IMG/VR virus record: IMGVR_UViG_3300037484_000435
Coordinates: 128,001 to 192,000 of that record
DNA from: a virus
Taxonomy: Duplodnaviria > Caudoviricetes
Length of the DNA: 64,000 bases
Strand: one strand, 5' to 3'
In this document: positions 54,812 to 63,372 of the stretch, piece by piece
Layout: each line of letters begins with the position of its first letter
Numbering within the stretch: position 1 is the stretch's first letter
Position numbers and translations under genes: made by a program
Notes under the pieces: generated by a model
What the model saw: only the letters and a program-made list of their open reading frames with translations
What the model was told of the DNA's origin: nothing
The model's database searches: none

Positions 54812-55779
54812 TATTTTTCCCCTTCTATTATATCTGGAAAACTATAGTCACCAGCAAACCACTTCTGCCGGTTTTCCTTATAGTTAGGATGAACACTATG
54901 TGTCTTGAGCCACTCAATATTCTCTCTTACATATGCAGGAGAATTTTTTTCAGTTAGTTCCACCCGCTCAAGTTTAAATCTGGTCGGGTCAATCTTCTCC
55001 CCCAATAGTGAACGAAACATGCTGTGGTTATAGTAGAGCCACTTATTGACATCATCCTTCAAAAAATTTGTGTGACCATACGTATTGAGTTTACGCCATA
55101 TATGTTTAGCACTGCTACAGGAATGATAATGGTAACCAGTCAACCCTCTAGGCATTAGATACCCCACAGCATGTTCTACTCTTGGTTGTTCTAGTCTAAT
55201 GTTACGTTGTTGTAAATAAGAAAGTTGGGTCCAAACCATACCGGGCCAATCACCGGGGCTACTAAACGTGTTGTCAAAATCATAAGCATAAAAAATAGGA
55301 TTAGGCCTTACAGGCTCCCCGTCATGTTCATACAAAGTTTCGCACATTATTGACCCCTTGTCAGGGTTAGCAAAATCTATAATCTCGTCTATATCAGAAA
55401 CTAGCAACCAAGTTTTAGGTGGATACTTGTTATATATATACTCCTTCTGAGCTTCTCTTTGGAGAAAAATAATCTCCCAATCCTCAACTTTAGGACGACA
55501 TTTACGCTCTATTTCTACTTCAATAATTTTTATCTTGGGCAAGAACCTTTCAAAACGTTTGTCGGTTTCTAGTATACCCTTTAAGACATGCGGAGTACCT
55601 TTGTAATCTCCCCTGAAAGAGTATGTGTTCTCAGTTATTACCCATTCATCCACCCAAGGGGATTCAACATGAAATTTTATTAACAACATATCTGTCTGGT
55701 AGGGTTCGAAGAAACAAAATGAGTCAACAATAATCATAGTCCGTTCCCCTTTCTTAAAGCGACAGCTCCGTCGCCGCAT
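54811..55779 (-). CDS. glycosyltransferase family 17-like
   Basis: VDEWVITENTYSFRG, QREAQ, VSDIDEI, GYHYHS, KLNTYGH. Confidence 0.75.
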   Translation of the reverse strand: MRRRSCRFKKGERTMIIVDSFCFFEPYQTDMLLIKFHVESPWVDEWVITENTYSFRGDYKGTPHVLKGILETDKRFERFLPKIKIIEVEIERKCRPKVEDWEIIFLQREAQKEYIYNKYPPKTWLLVSDIDEIIDFANPDKGSIMCETLYEHDGEPVRPNPIFYAYDFDNTFSSPGDWPGMVWTQLSYLQQRNIRLEQPRVEHAVGYLMPRGLTGYHYHSCSSAKHIWRKLNTYGHTNFLKDDVNKWLYYNHSMFRSLLGEKIDPTRFKLERVELTEKNSPAYVRENIEWLKTHSVHPNYKENRQKWFAGDYSFPDIIEGEK

Positions 55780-56327
55780 ATCTCCTGTACAGTGTAATGG
55801 TAATCTTTTATGAATTCGTCTACCGCCTTCTTTATCGTTCCCGCTCTCGGATAATCATGTATTACGAGATACCCTCGCGGAGATAAATGGGAGTTACAAA
55901 ACAACAAATCACTCATGGTTCCCTCGTAACTGTGGTCTCCGTCTATGAAACAGAAGCCCACGTTCAAATTGGGTATCGTACCTCTTAAATAAGTAGTTGA
56001 CCCCAACAAGGGAATAACACGCCCCTTGAGTTTGAACTTACGGTAAGTATCCATAAAGTTGTCAAAGTTCTTACCTATTGTAGCGGCCCTGTAATCCTCT
56101 AGGGGGTACCACAAATCTATTGCTAAAACTGTAAAAAATTGGGCTAAAATGACCGTTGAACAGCCCTTATAGGACCCAATTTCTATAACAAGGCCATCCT
56201 CCCCAAACTCCTCTGAAGCTTTCTTCGCCCACTTCTCAACAAACTCGTGCTCTGTGAACGGTATATCTTTAGGCTCCTGCCCAGGGGACAAAGCCCTTGG
56301 AACTTGTCTCCAGTCATAAATTCTCAT
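55734..56327 (-). CDS. class I SAM-dependent methyltransferase (Methyltransf_24-like)
   Basis: IEIGSYKGCST, FIDGDHSYEG, IHDY. Confidence 0.85.
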   Translation of the reverse strand: MRIYDWRQVPRALSPGQEPKDIPFTEHEFVEKWAKKASEEFGEDGLVIEIGSYKGCSTVILAQFFTVLAIDLWYPLEDYRAATIGKNFDNFMDTYRKFKLKGRVIPLLGSTTYLRGTIPNLNVGFCFIDGDHSYEGTMSDLLFCNSHLSPRGYLVIHDYPRAGTIKKAVDEFIKDYHYTVQEICGDGAVALRKGNGL

Positions 56328-56328
56328 G

Positions 56329-58788
56329 CTACTTCACCCCCTTGGTGTTCAAACTATCTATATCTTCTCGCAAATGCCTATTTACCGCCTCGGCAGACCA
56401 ATGTTCTTCCGAGTACTTCAGGGAATTTAGCGATAACTCCCTTTGTAAATTACAATCATTTAAAATACCTATTACATTCTTGGCGAATTGTTCCCGTGTA
56501 TCACCGATGAGAACGTTTTCCCCGTCTGTCAACCCTATTCCTTCGGCCCCTATTGTAGTAGTCACTACAGGTAACCCATGAGACATAGCCATGGCTATCT
56601 TCCCTTTAAACCCCGCCCCAAACCTGATAGGAGCTACCAGTAAAGAAGAGTAATGCAAGAATACGGTTAAGTCTTCAACATGTCCTTTAACACAGATATT
56701 CTTGTCGTCATGAAGAGCTATTATGTCCTCGGGGGCTTTATCGCCTATCACAGTCAGCACCGCGTCAGGAACCTCCTTCTTTACTAGAGGAAAAACTTCA
56801 GAAGTGAACCAACGAATTGCATCCTGATTTGGAGTATGTTGCATACCACCAATAAAAATTATCTGATTTCTAAATTTAGACTCGCGATTAGAATCGGGTG
56901 GTGGATTAGGAGGACAATACCAAGGCCATACAGATACTTTAGTATCTGGTAATTCCTCTAATAAAATACCTTTTTCATAATCACTTACCGTTACCAACAA
57001 ATCACTATCCCTAATAATAGTAAACTCAGTTTGTTTAGTCTTATCCGATTGTAATAAGAGAGCATAATCATCATTTACTTTCGCTGTTCTCTGTTCTCGA
57101 AGATAGTGGAGGTCATGACAATAATAAACGATAGGAGCCTTTGTAAAGTTTCTTACCTGTTTGATATAATTTATGGCTAAAGGTCTGGCCAAAATAACCA
57201 AATCAATTGTATGTCCTAGGTCGGCCAGTGTATACTCGAAAGGAAAATTGGCTATATTGCAAATCTCCCAATTATTCTGCCACAAAGTCTTTATGTATTT
57301 TACATTTTGTGCCCGCCAGTTAGGATCGTCCGACCAGTAACGTATCTTAAATCCAAGGTCTTGCAAACGGGAACAATAAGAGAACACAGCGTAATCTCCT
57401 GCGTTGGTATCGTATTCAGGAATATGCCAATCCACCCACAAAGCGGTAGGTTTAAGAATTTCGGCTAGCAGGGGGCAATCAAAATCATCTTGCTCCCCTA
57501 ATTGAATAACATATTTCCCTTCCATAGCGTTAGACTTAGACTTGAGAGTAGACAGGTCATAGGTTTTAGATATAAAATAATCATAGAAACGAGGACGTTC
57601 TGCAAGTATCTTCTCCAACATGCTTTCACTCTCATATAACATAACCTCAACGGTATCGGGGATCCAGTCGTGTACGGACATCCAGTCGTCTACACCTACG
57701 TGGAGAGGAAAAAGTGTGACAAAAAAATCTCTATTGACCAAATCCTTTATGTAATCCATAATAGCAGTATCAGCATAGTGAGGACGGGGTACAAAATCAT
57801 TTATAATCAAAACTCTACCACGATACCTCTTGTTGGTTCTAGCGTAAACTGGTGGATTTGACTTGTGATAACCAGTAGCAAGTATTTCTTGATGCCTTCC
57901 CTTCAGAATCTTAGTGTGTTCCTTTACTAGGGTGTCAACACTATTCGAATCGCTACTCCCATACTCATAATGTAACACCTTTGCATTAGGGTCATAGATA
58001 ATTTTATACCCAGATTCTCTGGCACGTAAACAGTAGTCGGATTCCTCGCAGTAACCAGGTGAATATACTTCGTCAAATTTATTTAATTCAAAAAATAATT
58101 CTCTAGGAGTCATAAAACAAGAACCCGAAACGTAATCTACTTCCCTAACAAAATTAACGTCCCCAATATCTGGGTTACGCCCTTTACTATATTCCGCGGC
58201 CTCCCCATCACTCCATAGTATTCCCCCCGCGTCCTGTACTGTATTATCTAAACGTCGTATTTGTGCTCCTACAACCCCAATATTCGTTTGCTTCCAATTT
58301 CGTATACGTTTAAGTAAACTTTGTATACAATTATAGGTCACTAACGCGTCATCATTCAACAGAAGAATATATTCGCCCGAAGTCTGTTCCGCTCCGATAT
58401 TAACACCAGCAACAAAGCCTTGGTTCCCCTCGTTATTAATAATTTTTACATTCTCTAATCTAGAAAGCAATTCCTTATTTTTATCAGAACTTCCATTATT
58501 AGATATAATAATTTCGTAGGAACAATCAGTAACCCAACGGCGTAAAGCCATAAAACATAATAGCTCTAAAGCTGTTTGAGTGTAAGTCACAATTATAATA
58601 CTAACTTCGGGTTTCTCAAAAAAAGGAAACACTATTTTTTTATTTGATTTTAAAAAAGCCTCTAACTGCTGCTCTGCCTTACCTAAAAATTGCTCCTTAA
58701 GCGTGGGTGGTGGAGGTGCTACTGGTGTAGGGGGTTTCTGAGTTATAACAAACTCCTTTACCTTATTTTTCTTTTTATTTTTTTTCAT
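56329..58788 (-). CDS. multidomain glycosyltransferase GT2 + GT4
   Basis: GT2: VSIIIV, NQGFVAGVN, LLLNDD, YVSGSC, YCEESDYC; GT4: FIGGMQHTPNQDA, APIRFGAGFKGKI..G.PVVTT..GAEG. Confidence 0.9.
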   Translation of the reverse strand: MKKNKKKNKVKEFVITQKPPTPVAPPPPTLKEQFLGKAEQQLEAFLKSNKKIVFPFFEKPEVSIIIVTYTQTALELLCFMALRRWVTDCSYEIIISNNGSSDKNKELLSRLENVKIINNEGNQGFVAGVNIGAEQTSGEYILLLNDDALVTYNCIQSLLKRIRNWKQTNIGVVGAQIRRLDNTVQDAGGILWSDGEAAEYSKGRNPDIGDVNFVREVDYVSGSCFMTPRELFFELNKFDEVYSPGYCEESDYCLRARESGYKIIYDPNAKVLHYEYGSSDSNSVDTLVKEHTKILKGRHQEILATGYHKSNPPVYARTNKRYRGRVLIINDFVPRPHYADTAIMDYIKDLVNRDFFVTLFPLHVGVDDWMSVHDWIPDTVEVMLYESESMLEKILAERPRFYDYFISKTYDLSTLKSKSNAMEGKYVIQLGEQDDFDCPLLAEILKPTALWVDWHIPEYDTNAGDYAVFSYCSRLQDLGFKIRYWSDDPNWRAQNVKYIKTLWQNNWEICNIANFPFEYTLADLGHTIDLVILARPLAINYIKQVRNFTKAPIVYYCHDLHYLREQRTAKVNDDYALLLQSDKTKQTEFTIIRDSDLLVTVSDYEKGILLEELPDTKVSVWPWYCPPNPPPDSNRESKFRNQIIFIGGMQHTPNQDAIRWFTSEVFPLVKKEVPDAVLTVIGDKAPEDIIALHDDKNICVKGHVEDLTVFLHYSSLLVAPIRFGAGFKGKIAMAMSHGLPVVTTTIGAEGIGLTDGENVLIGDTREQFAKNVIGILNDCNLQRELSLNSLKYSEEHWSAEAVNRHLREDIDSLNTKGVK

Positions 58789-58791
58789 ATC

Positions 58792-59031
58792 TTAACTGTC
58801 CATAGCCTGTAAAAATGCGTTGTAGTGGCGGGCACCAGCAACTGATTGGGCTAAATTTAACCTCTCCTCAACACTCATATTTGGCCACTCTACTTTTATG
58901 GCAGTCAATAAGTATTCTGAATCTACATCTATAGGTTTACCAATAAATAATTCCGATAAACGCAGTCGGAATTCCCTATTCCTGTTCAGTTGTTTTAATA
59001 CATAATCTTTGGCTACCTCTATCTCAGTCAT
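58792..59031 (-). CDS. hypothetical protein
   Basis: ORF track. Confidence 0.55.
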   Translation of the reverse strand: MTEIEVAKDYVLKQLNRNREFRLRLSELFIGKPIDVDSEYLLTAIKVEWPNMSVEERLNLAQSVAGARHYNAFLQAMDS

Positions 59032-59425
59032 CTACTACCTCCAACTCAAGCATCTTGCCAGTTAAGTAAGCGTGATAGGCACGATTAAAAAACAATGGCA
59101 CGAATGGGGCATTCTGATACCAATTAAATATAAAAGAACGGCGTGCCTTCTCGTGACCATCTATACCTTCCTCAAACATATTTGTGTCAGAAAGAACATC
59201 ATAATCTATTGGTCCTAAATCTGGTATGTCCCACAATTTAGAAATCTCATGAAGATGGTAAGCAGTCTTTGTTAATTTCTCTAACACCTCTTTGGTTACT
59301 GGTGGTGGACTTTCCAAAGTAAACTCTACCCCGTCCTCACTCTTCAATTTTAGCGACATCATCCCTCCTAAATTTATGAGCCCAATACTCTTTAGTCTCA
59401 ATGCAGAGTTCCCTAGTATCCACAT
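59024..59425 (-). CDS. hypothetical protein (likely start MMSLKL)
   Basis: ORF track; GGAGG before internal ATG. Confidence 0.55.
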   Translation of the reverse strand: MWILGNSALRLKSIGLINLGGMMSLKLKSEDGVEFTLESPPPVTKEVLEKLTKTAYHLHEISKLWDIPDLGPIDYDVLSDTNMFEEGIDGHEKARRSFIFNWYQNAPFVPLFFNRAYHAYLTGKMLELEVVDD

Positions 59426-59567
59426 TGAAGTAGATACCAGGGTCTAATTTTAAATACTTAGGTTTATCAGGATAGTTACGTAGTGCACGCAGAAGTTCCT
59501 CAATAAGGCAAGAATTGTAACAAGCCATCAAATTGTTGTATTCTTCTGGGTCACGCACTATTAACAT
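59337..59567 (-). CDS. hypothetical protein
   Basis: ORF track. Confidence 0.5.
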   Translation of the reverse strand: MLIVRDPEEYNNLMACYNSCLIEELLRALRNYPDKPKYLKLDPGIYFNVDTRELCIETKEYWAHKFRRDDVAKIEE

Positions 59568-59576
59568 TATATTTTC

Positions 59577-59834
59577 CTATACAGAAACGGGAACCAGCTT
59601 AAAATCACAGCGGCCTGCACCGTCCCTAGGAACATATACTTGACATTCCCCGATGCCATTTTCGTCTGTTAGAATCCTAGATGGAGTAACCTCCAGCTTT
59701 CCCTGCGTCACCACTGGAATCACTTCCACATTAGGACACGCGGCCCCACAATCCTCGTCAACCACCATAAACTTGTAGTTAACTGCGGTAGTCACTGTTA
59801 TATGACCCAAATTTGTTCTACCAATCGCCTTCAT
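59577..59834 (-). CDS. small beta-rich protein, possible Ig-like fold
   Basis: ILTDENGIGECQV resembles the TDxNG turn of bacterial Ig domains. Confidence 0.4.
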   Translation of the reverse strand: MKAIGRTNLGHITVTTAVNYKFMVVDEDCGAACPNVEVIPVVTQGKLEVTPSRILTDENGIGECQVYVPRDGAGRCDFKLVPVSV

Positions 59835-59845
59835 TTTTTTTCTCC

Positions 59846-60043
59846 TTAATTCTGCACAATACAGTTCTCAATTTTAAAATGCTCAACAATCGACCCATCT
59901 TCTATAAAAATGTCATCGCCACACCTATAAGCCTGAGCTAAGTCAGAGTAGGTTACTGTTTTTCTAAATGGATAAGTAGCGACTACTAACATGTTCGTAG
60001 CGTCATAGTCCGCTAAAAGAGAATCAGTAATAATTTTAATCAT
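59846..60043 (-). CDS. hypothetical protein
   Basis: ORF track. Confidence 0.5.
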   Translation of the reverse strand: MIKIITDSLLADYDATNMLVVATYPFRKTVTYSDLAQAYRCGDDIFIEDGSIVEHFKIENCIVQN

Positions 60044-60045
60044 TT

Positions 60046-60237
60046 TTAAACCTCATAATTTAATTTAAGCCAAGTATCCACATCCATATCCTCGGAAGAT
60101 ATATCTGCGGGTAAATTTTCTATGCAATCACGACGAATAAATATTTTACCGTCTTTAGTTGCATAAGCAGGAAATATCAAAACAATATCCCCGTAGTCCT
60201 TTTCAATAGTATAGAAACCGTCGTTTACTTCTTTCAT
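60046..60237 (-). CDS. hypothetical protein
   Basis: ORF track. Confidence 0.5.
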   Translation of the reverse strand: MKEVNDGFYTIEKDYGDIVLIFPAYATKDGKIFIRRDCIENLPADISSEDMDVDTWLKLNYEV

Positions 60238-60246
60238 ACTCTTTCC

Positions 60247-61233
60247 TTACAAAAAAGACAAGGCTTTTTGGTATTTACGGTCCATATATATCGTGGCCCC
60301 TCCGTACATCCAACTCAAAAAACGATGCCCCCTTTTTCCGCGATATTGTAGTTGGTAAGATTTTTTGCCAATAGGACAAATATTTACGATTTCTTTCTGT
60401 CTTGTTAATTCATTATATTTTTTGTGAATCCAATCAAGAACCCCGAAAGTGCCACAAAAAGATACCAGACAGTAAAAATTTCCCGTTCCCTTCTTTTTTC
60501 CTTTGGAGGACTGGTAAGCCCCAATACTTCCATCTCCATCGAAATAGCCCCTTACCCAATGAGATACAAATCGATCAGACAACCCCTTTGGTGGTTTAAG
60601 TATAAGAGATTTGTTCGGGACGATTCCCCAACCCTCTAAAGCGTTACAGAGATCTAGGCCGTAAACCCTAAGACTACAAGATGTTAATCCAGTCTTTTTC
60701 CCCCCGCAACTATCTTTATGTCCCAATATCTTGGAATCTGGACATAGAACATTTTTAATTTTAACAAGATGACTATTATCTTTAGTCGATAGAGTTATTC
60801 CTAGATACTTACTTTTATCTGATCTATACACAACGAAACCATCCGCAGCGATAAACCCTAAAAGATATGCTTTAATCACTGTATCAATTTTAGCAAAATC
60901 CAATACACTACGTGGATGAACGTCTCGTTGCAAGCCTAATCTATTTGCTTTTAAAACTATTGCCTGATAACTACGATTAGGGAAATATTTAGTAATCTCT
61001 CCTACCAACATATTATTAAACCACATCTCCTGAAGTAATTCTTCCTCAGATTTTGTCCACCTAAGTTGAGGTGCCCGTATTAGTTTTCTGTCTGTTAACC
61101 AGCCCCAGATCGTATACGGATGAATCCCAACTTCTTCTGCTATTTCTGTGTACTCTCTACCATTAATATACATTTCACAAACTGAGTTCTTTACAACATC
61201 AGAATAAATAATACCCATTGATACCACCTCCAT
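60247..61233 (-). CDS. free-standing LAGLIDADG homing endonuclease with N-terminal HTH/Myb-like repeats (likely start ATG 61218)
   Basis: KAYLLGFIAADG, HWVRGYFDGDG; WTKSEEELLQEMW. Confidence 0.9.
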   Translation of the reverse strand: MEVVSMGIIYSDVVKNSVCEMYINGREYTEIAEEVGIHPYTIWGWLTDRKLIRAPQLRWTKSEEELLQEMWFNNMLVGEITKYFPNRSYQAIVLKANRLGLQRDVHPRSVLDFAKIDTVIKAYLLGFIAADGFVVYRSDKSKYLGITLSTKDNSHLVKIKNVLCPDSKILGHKDSCGGKKTGLTSCSLRVYGLDLCNALEGWGIVPNKSLILKPPKGLSDRFVSHWVRGYFDGDGSIGAYQSSKGKKKGTGNFYCLVSFCGTFGVLDWIHKKYNELTRQKEIVNICPIGKKSYQLQYRGKRGHRFLSWMYGGATIYMDRKYQKALSFL

Positions 61234-61252
61234 AGTGCCTTAGATATCAATG
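61216..61252 (-). promoter_or_regulatory. start-codon-sequestering hairpin upstream of LAGLIDADG gene
   Basis: CATTGATATC pairs with GGTATCAATG (10 bp, one G-U); 3' arm contains the AUG. Confidence 0.55.
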
Positions 61253-61264
61253 CAACCAAGTCAG

Positions 61265-62278
61265 TTATTTTTTATGAACCCTTTCTCTATACCACTCTAC
61301 CGTCTTACCCACTGCTTCCCTTACAGGGGTCGGCTCCCATTCTACACCTGCTTTCTTCAATACGCCCAAAAGCTTTGTGTTGTCCAAAACTTTATGCATT
61401 TGGCCTGTAGGTTTATTAGTATCAAAATGTATCTTCCCACTAAAACCAGTCACATCCTTTATTGCTACTGCTAATTCTTCTATGGTAGTGCCAATCCCAG
61501 TAGAAATATTAAGGGGACCAATTTCCTCAAAATTATTGATAATGTCAATAAACAATTTTCCAAAATCACCAGCATAAATAAAATCTCTGGTAACGTTAGG
61601 ATTTCCCCACACAGTTACACTGTCATACCCCTCATCACAAGCCTCAATAAAACGTTGTATAAGAGCCATTGCAACGTGGGATTCTTGTTCGAGACAATTA
61701 TCCCATTTACCGATAAGATTAGTAGGCAAGAGTATTGTTGTTTTAATTCCAAATTGTTTCTTGTATACGTCCGCCGCGATAAGCAAAGTTTTCTTAGCAA
61801 AACTGTACCCCAAAGAAGTTTCCACTGGTAACCCGTCCCACATCTCTCCTTCTTTATAAGGCGTAATCTTGTCAGGTTTTAGTGCATAGGAACAACCACC
61901 CATCAACATAATAAGTTTTTCAACAACCCTGTTGGGAGCGGCACAAGTTTCTAACATGTTCATTCCCATCATGAGATTTTGCCAAAAATAAGTGGCTTGT
62001 CGTTCCATGTTGTCCTTAATCCCACCTGATTTACCAGCCAAATGTATAACTGTACGAATGGGACCATGATTAGCCTCAATAGAATTAAACATTGTAGTAA
62101 CATGATTGAGCCGAGTCAAATCAAAAAATTTTGAGCCGTTTATAGTTACTATATCCGCAAATTTCCAACGATTTTCTATTTCGCCTATTAAGTTCTTCGC
62201 AATGAACCCAGTGTCTCCTGTTATGAGGACACGACCTGAGAAGGGAATACCCCTCTTTCTGTTAGTTCCTACCATCAA
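61265..62278 (-). CDS. GDP-L-fucose synthase (Fcl/WcaG)-family epimerase/reductase
   Basis: LITGDTGFIA, FDLT, HLAGKSGGIKDN, GYSFAKK, PTNLIG, VWGNP.VTRDFIY, LNISTG. Confidence 0.88.
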   Translation of the reverse strand: MMVGTNRKRGIPFSGRVLITGDTGFIAKNLIGEIENRWKFADIVTINGSKFFDLTRLNHVTTMFNSIEANHGPIRTVIHLAGKSGGIKDNMERQATYFWQNLMMGMNMLETCAAPNRVVEKLIMLMGGCSYALKPDKITPYKEGEMWDGLPVETSLGYSFAKKTLLIAADVYKKQFGIKTTILLPTNLIGKWDNCLEQESHVAMALIQRFIEACDEGYDSVTVWGNPNVTRDFIYAGDFGKLFIDIINNFEEIGPLNISTGIGTTIEELAVAIKDVTGFSGKIHFDTNKPTGQMHKVLDNTKLLGVLKKAGVEWEPTPVREAVGKTVEWYRERVHKK

Positions 62279-62292
62279 ATTCCTCCCTTGTC

Positions 62293-62559
62293 CTAGTCCA
62301 ATAAATCCTTGGGGTGTTTCTGTTTACTGTCCCCATAAATCTGTTTAAACGCTTCCTTGAACGATTTGACATCGCCATCAATCAACCACAATCCCTGAGC
62401 ACAAAATTTTGAAATATGTTTCTCAACAGGCTCAGGATTAAGGTTACAAATTACCATTTCGGGGTGGCCACCCTCCTCTGAATTCAAGCAGTTGGCACAT
62501 GTAATTTTCTTGTTCTCCACTATCGTTATACTCGCATTCTGTTCGAGCGTTTTCCTCAT
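62293..62559 (-). CDS. Cys-rich hypothetical protein (start MRKTLEQ)
   Basis: AAGGAG SD before ATG 62559; CANC..C..C. Confidence 0.5.
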   Translation of the reverse strand: MRKTLEQNASITIVENKKITCANCLNSEEGGHPEMVICNLNPEPVEKHISKFCAQGLWLIDGDVKSFKEAFKQIYGDSKQKHPKDLLD

Positions 62560-62779
62560 ACGTAGTCTCCTTATTACTATTGTATAGGTCCCAATTATAG
62601 GAGGGGACCCCCGCATCTTCCCAACTGGCCTCTTCACAACTATTACAGGCATCAATTGGGATAACAGCGAGCTTCTCACCTTTACGACATTGGATATTGT
62701 CCATGTCTAACAAGTCTATCATCCCTCTATAAGAAACATAAAGACGCTCGCAGTGATCGCAAATAAATGCTCTACTCAT
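62444..62779 (-). CDS. Cys-containing hypothetical protein
   Basis: CDHC..CNSC; overlaps downstream gene. Confidence 0.5.
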   Translation of the reverse strand: MSRAFICDHCERLYVSYRGMIDLLDMDNIQCRKGEKLAVIPIDACNSCEEASWEDAGVPSYNWDLYNSNKETTYEENARTECEYNDSGEQENYMCQLLEFRGGWPPRNGNL

Positions 62780-62808
62780 CTATCTAAACCTCCATCAATT
62801 ATTATCTA

Positions 62809-63039
62809 TTAACTATCTGAATAAGTTTTTCTTACTAACTCCTTGCCCAATTCTTCCCGCCATTCCTCTGTATCCATAAAAGCGTCGACCTGTTTCTCCG
62901 TCATAGAGACGGGAGAAATACAGAGACAATGCTCATCCCGACCTAAATAATTGATTTCATATTTGTCTGAATTAGACAATATCAACATGATAGGCTCGAT
63001 TCTAGAATCATAAAATTTGTTCCCGACCTTTACTCTCAC
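62809..63039 (-). CDS. hypothetical protein
   Basis: GGAGG SD with GTG start, just downstream of motif copy 4. Confidence 0.6.
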   Translation of the reverse strand: MRVKVGNKFYDSRIEPIMLILSNSDKYEINYLGRDEHCLCISPVSMTEKQVDAFMDTEEWREELGKELVRKTYSDS

Positions 63040-63068
63040 CGTTTACCTCCAAGAAAAAGTAAGTCCCT

Positions 63069-63098
63069 ATAGTATAACTAGTACACAAATCCAACTCT
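63069..63098 (-). promoter_or_regulatory. conserved 30-bp motif, copy 4
   Basis: minus strand AGAGTTGGATTTGTGTACTAGTTATACTAT. Confidence 0.7.
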
Positions 63099-63102
63099 CA
63101 GT

Positions 63103-63372
63103 TTAGGTAGAAACAGATATTTTGCTAAATCCCACTTCTCCATCGCTTTCGAAATACATGTATGCTTCCCCGTGCGGATTCGTGATATCCACTGGGATTT
63201 TTACCGAAGGGTGCGGATGCTTCAATTGCCCACCTCCCTCTTCAACAAGAAAGCAGACTTGTTGGCCCGCAACAGGCCTTCCTAAGCTATCTGTAACTTT
63301 AGCGGTAAGTAAACTTCTCTGCCCCTGCTTAGCGGGCATAACACAATCAGATGTTATTAATGATATATTCAT
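63103..63372 (-). CDS. stand-alone bacterial Ig-like (Big_1-type) domain protein
   Basis: LTAKVTDSLGRPVAGQQVCFLV..GGG.L..TNPHGEA..ISVS. Confidence 0.7.
   Translation of the reverse strand: MNISLITSDCVMPAKQGQRSLLTAKVTDSLGRPVAGQQVCFLVEEGGGQLKHPHPSVKIPVDITNPHGEAYMYFESDGEVGFSKISVST

Noticed and set aside
11326-61233. Group I introns or inteins housing the LAGLIDADG genes
   Set aside because: Flanking genes (thyX, polA, nrdJ, GTs, fcl) are complete on one side, gaps are too short for intron cores, and no intein C-/HN-C motifs were seen.
62278-62325. IS200/605-like end (AATTCCTCCC...GGGGTGTTTC)
   Set aside because: No proper palindrome; it is the reverse complement of the GGGAGG SD of the fcl-like gene.
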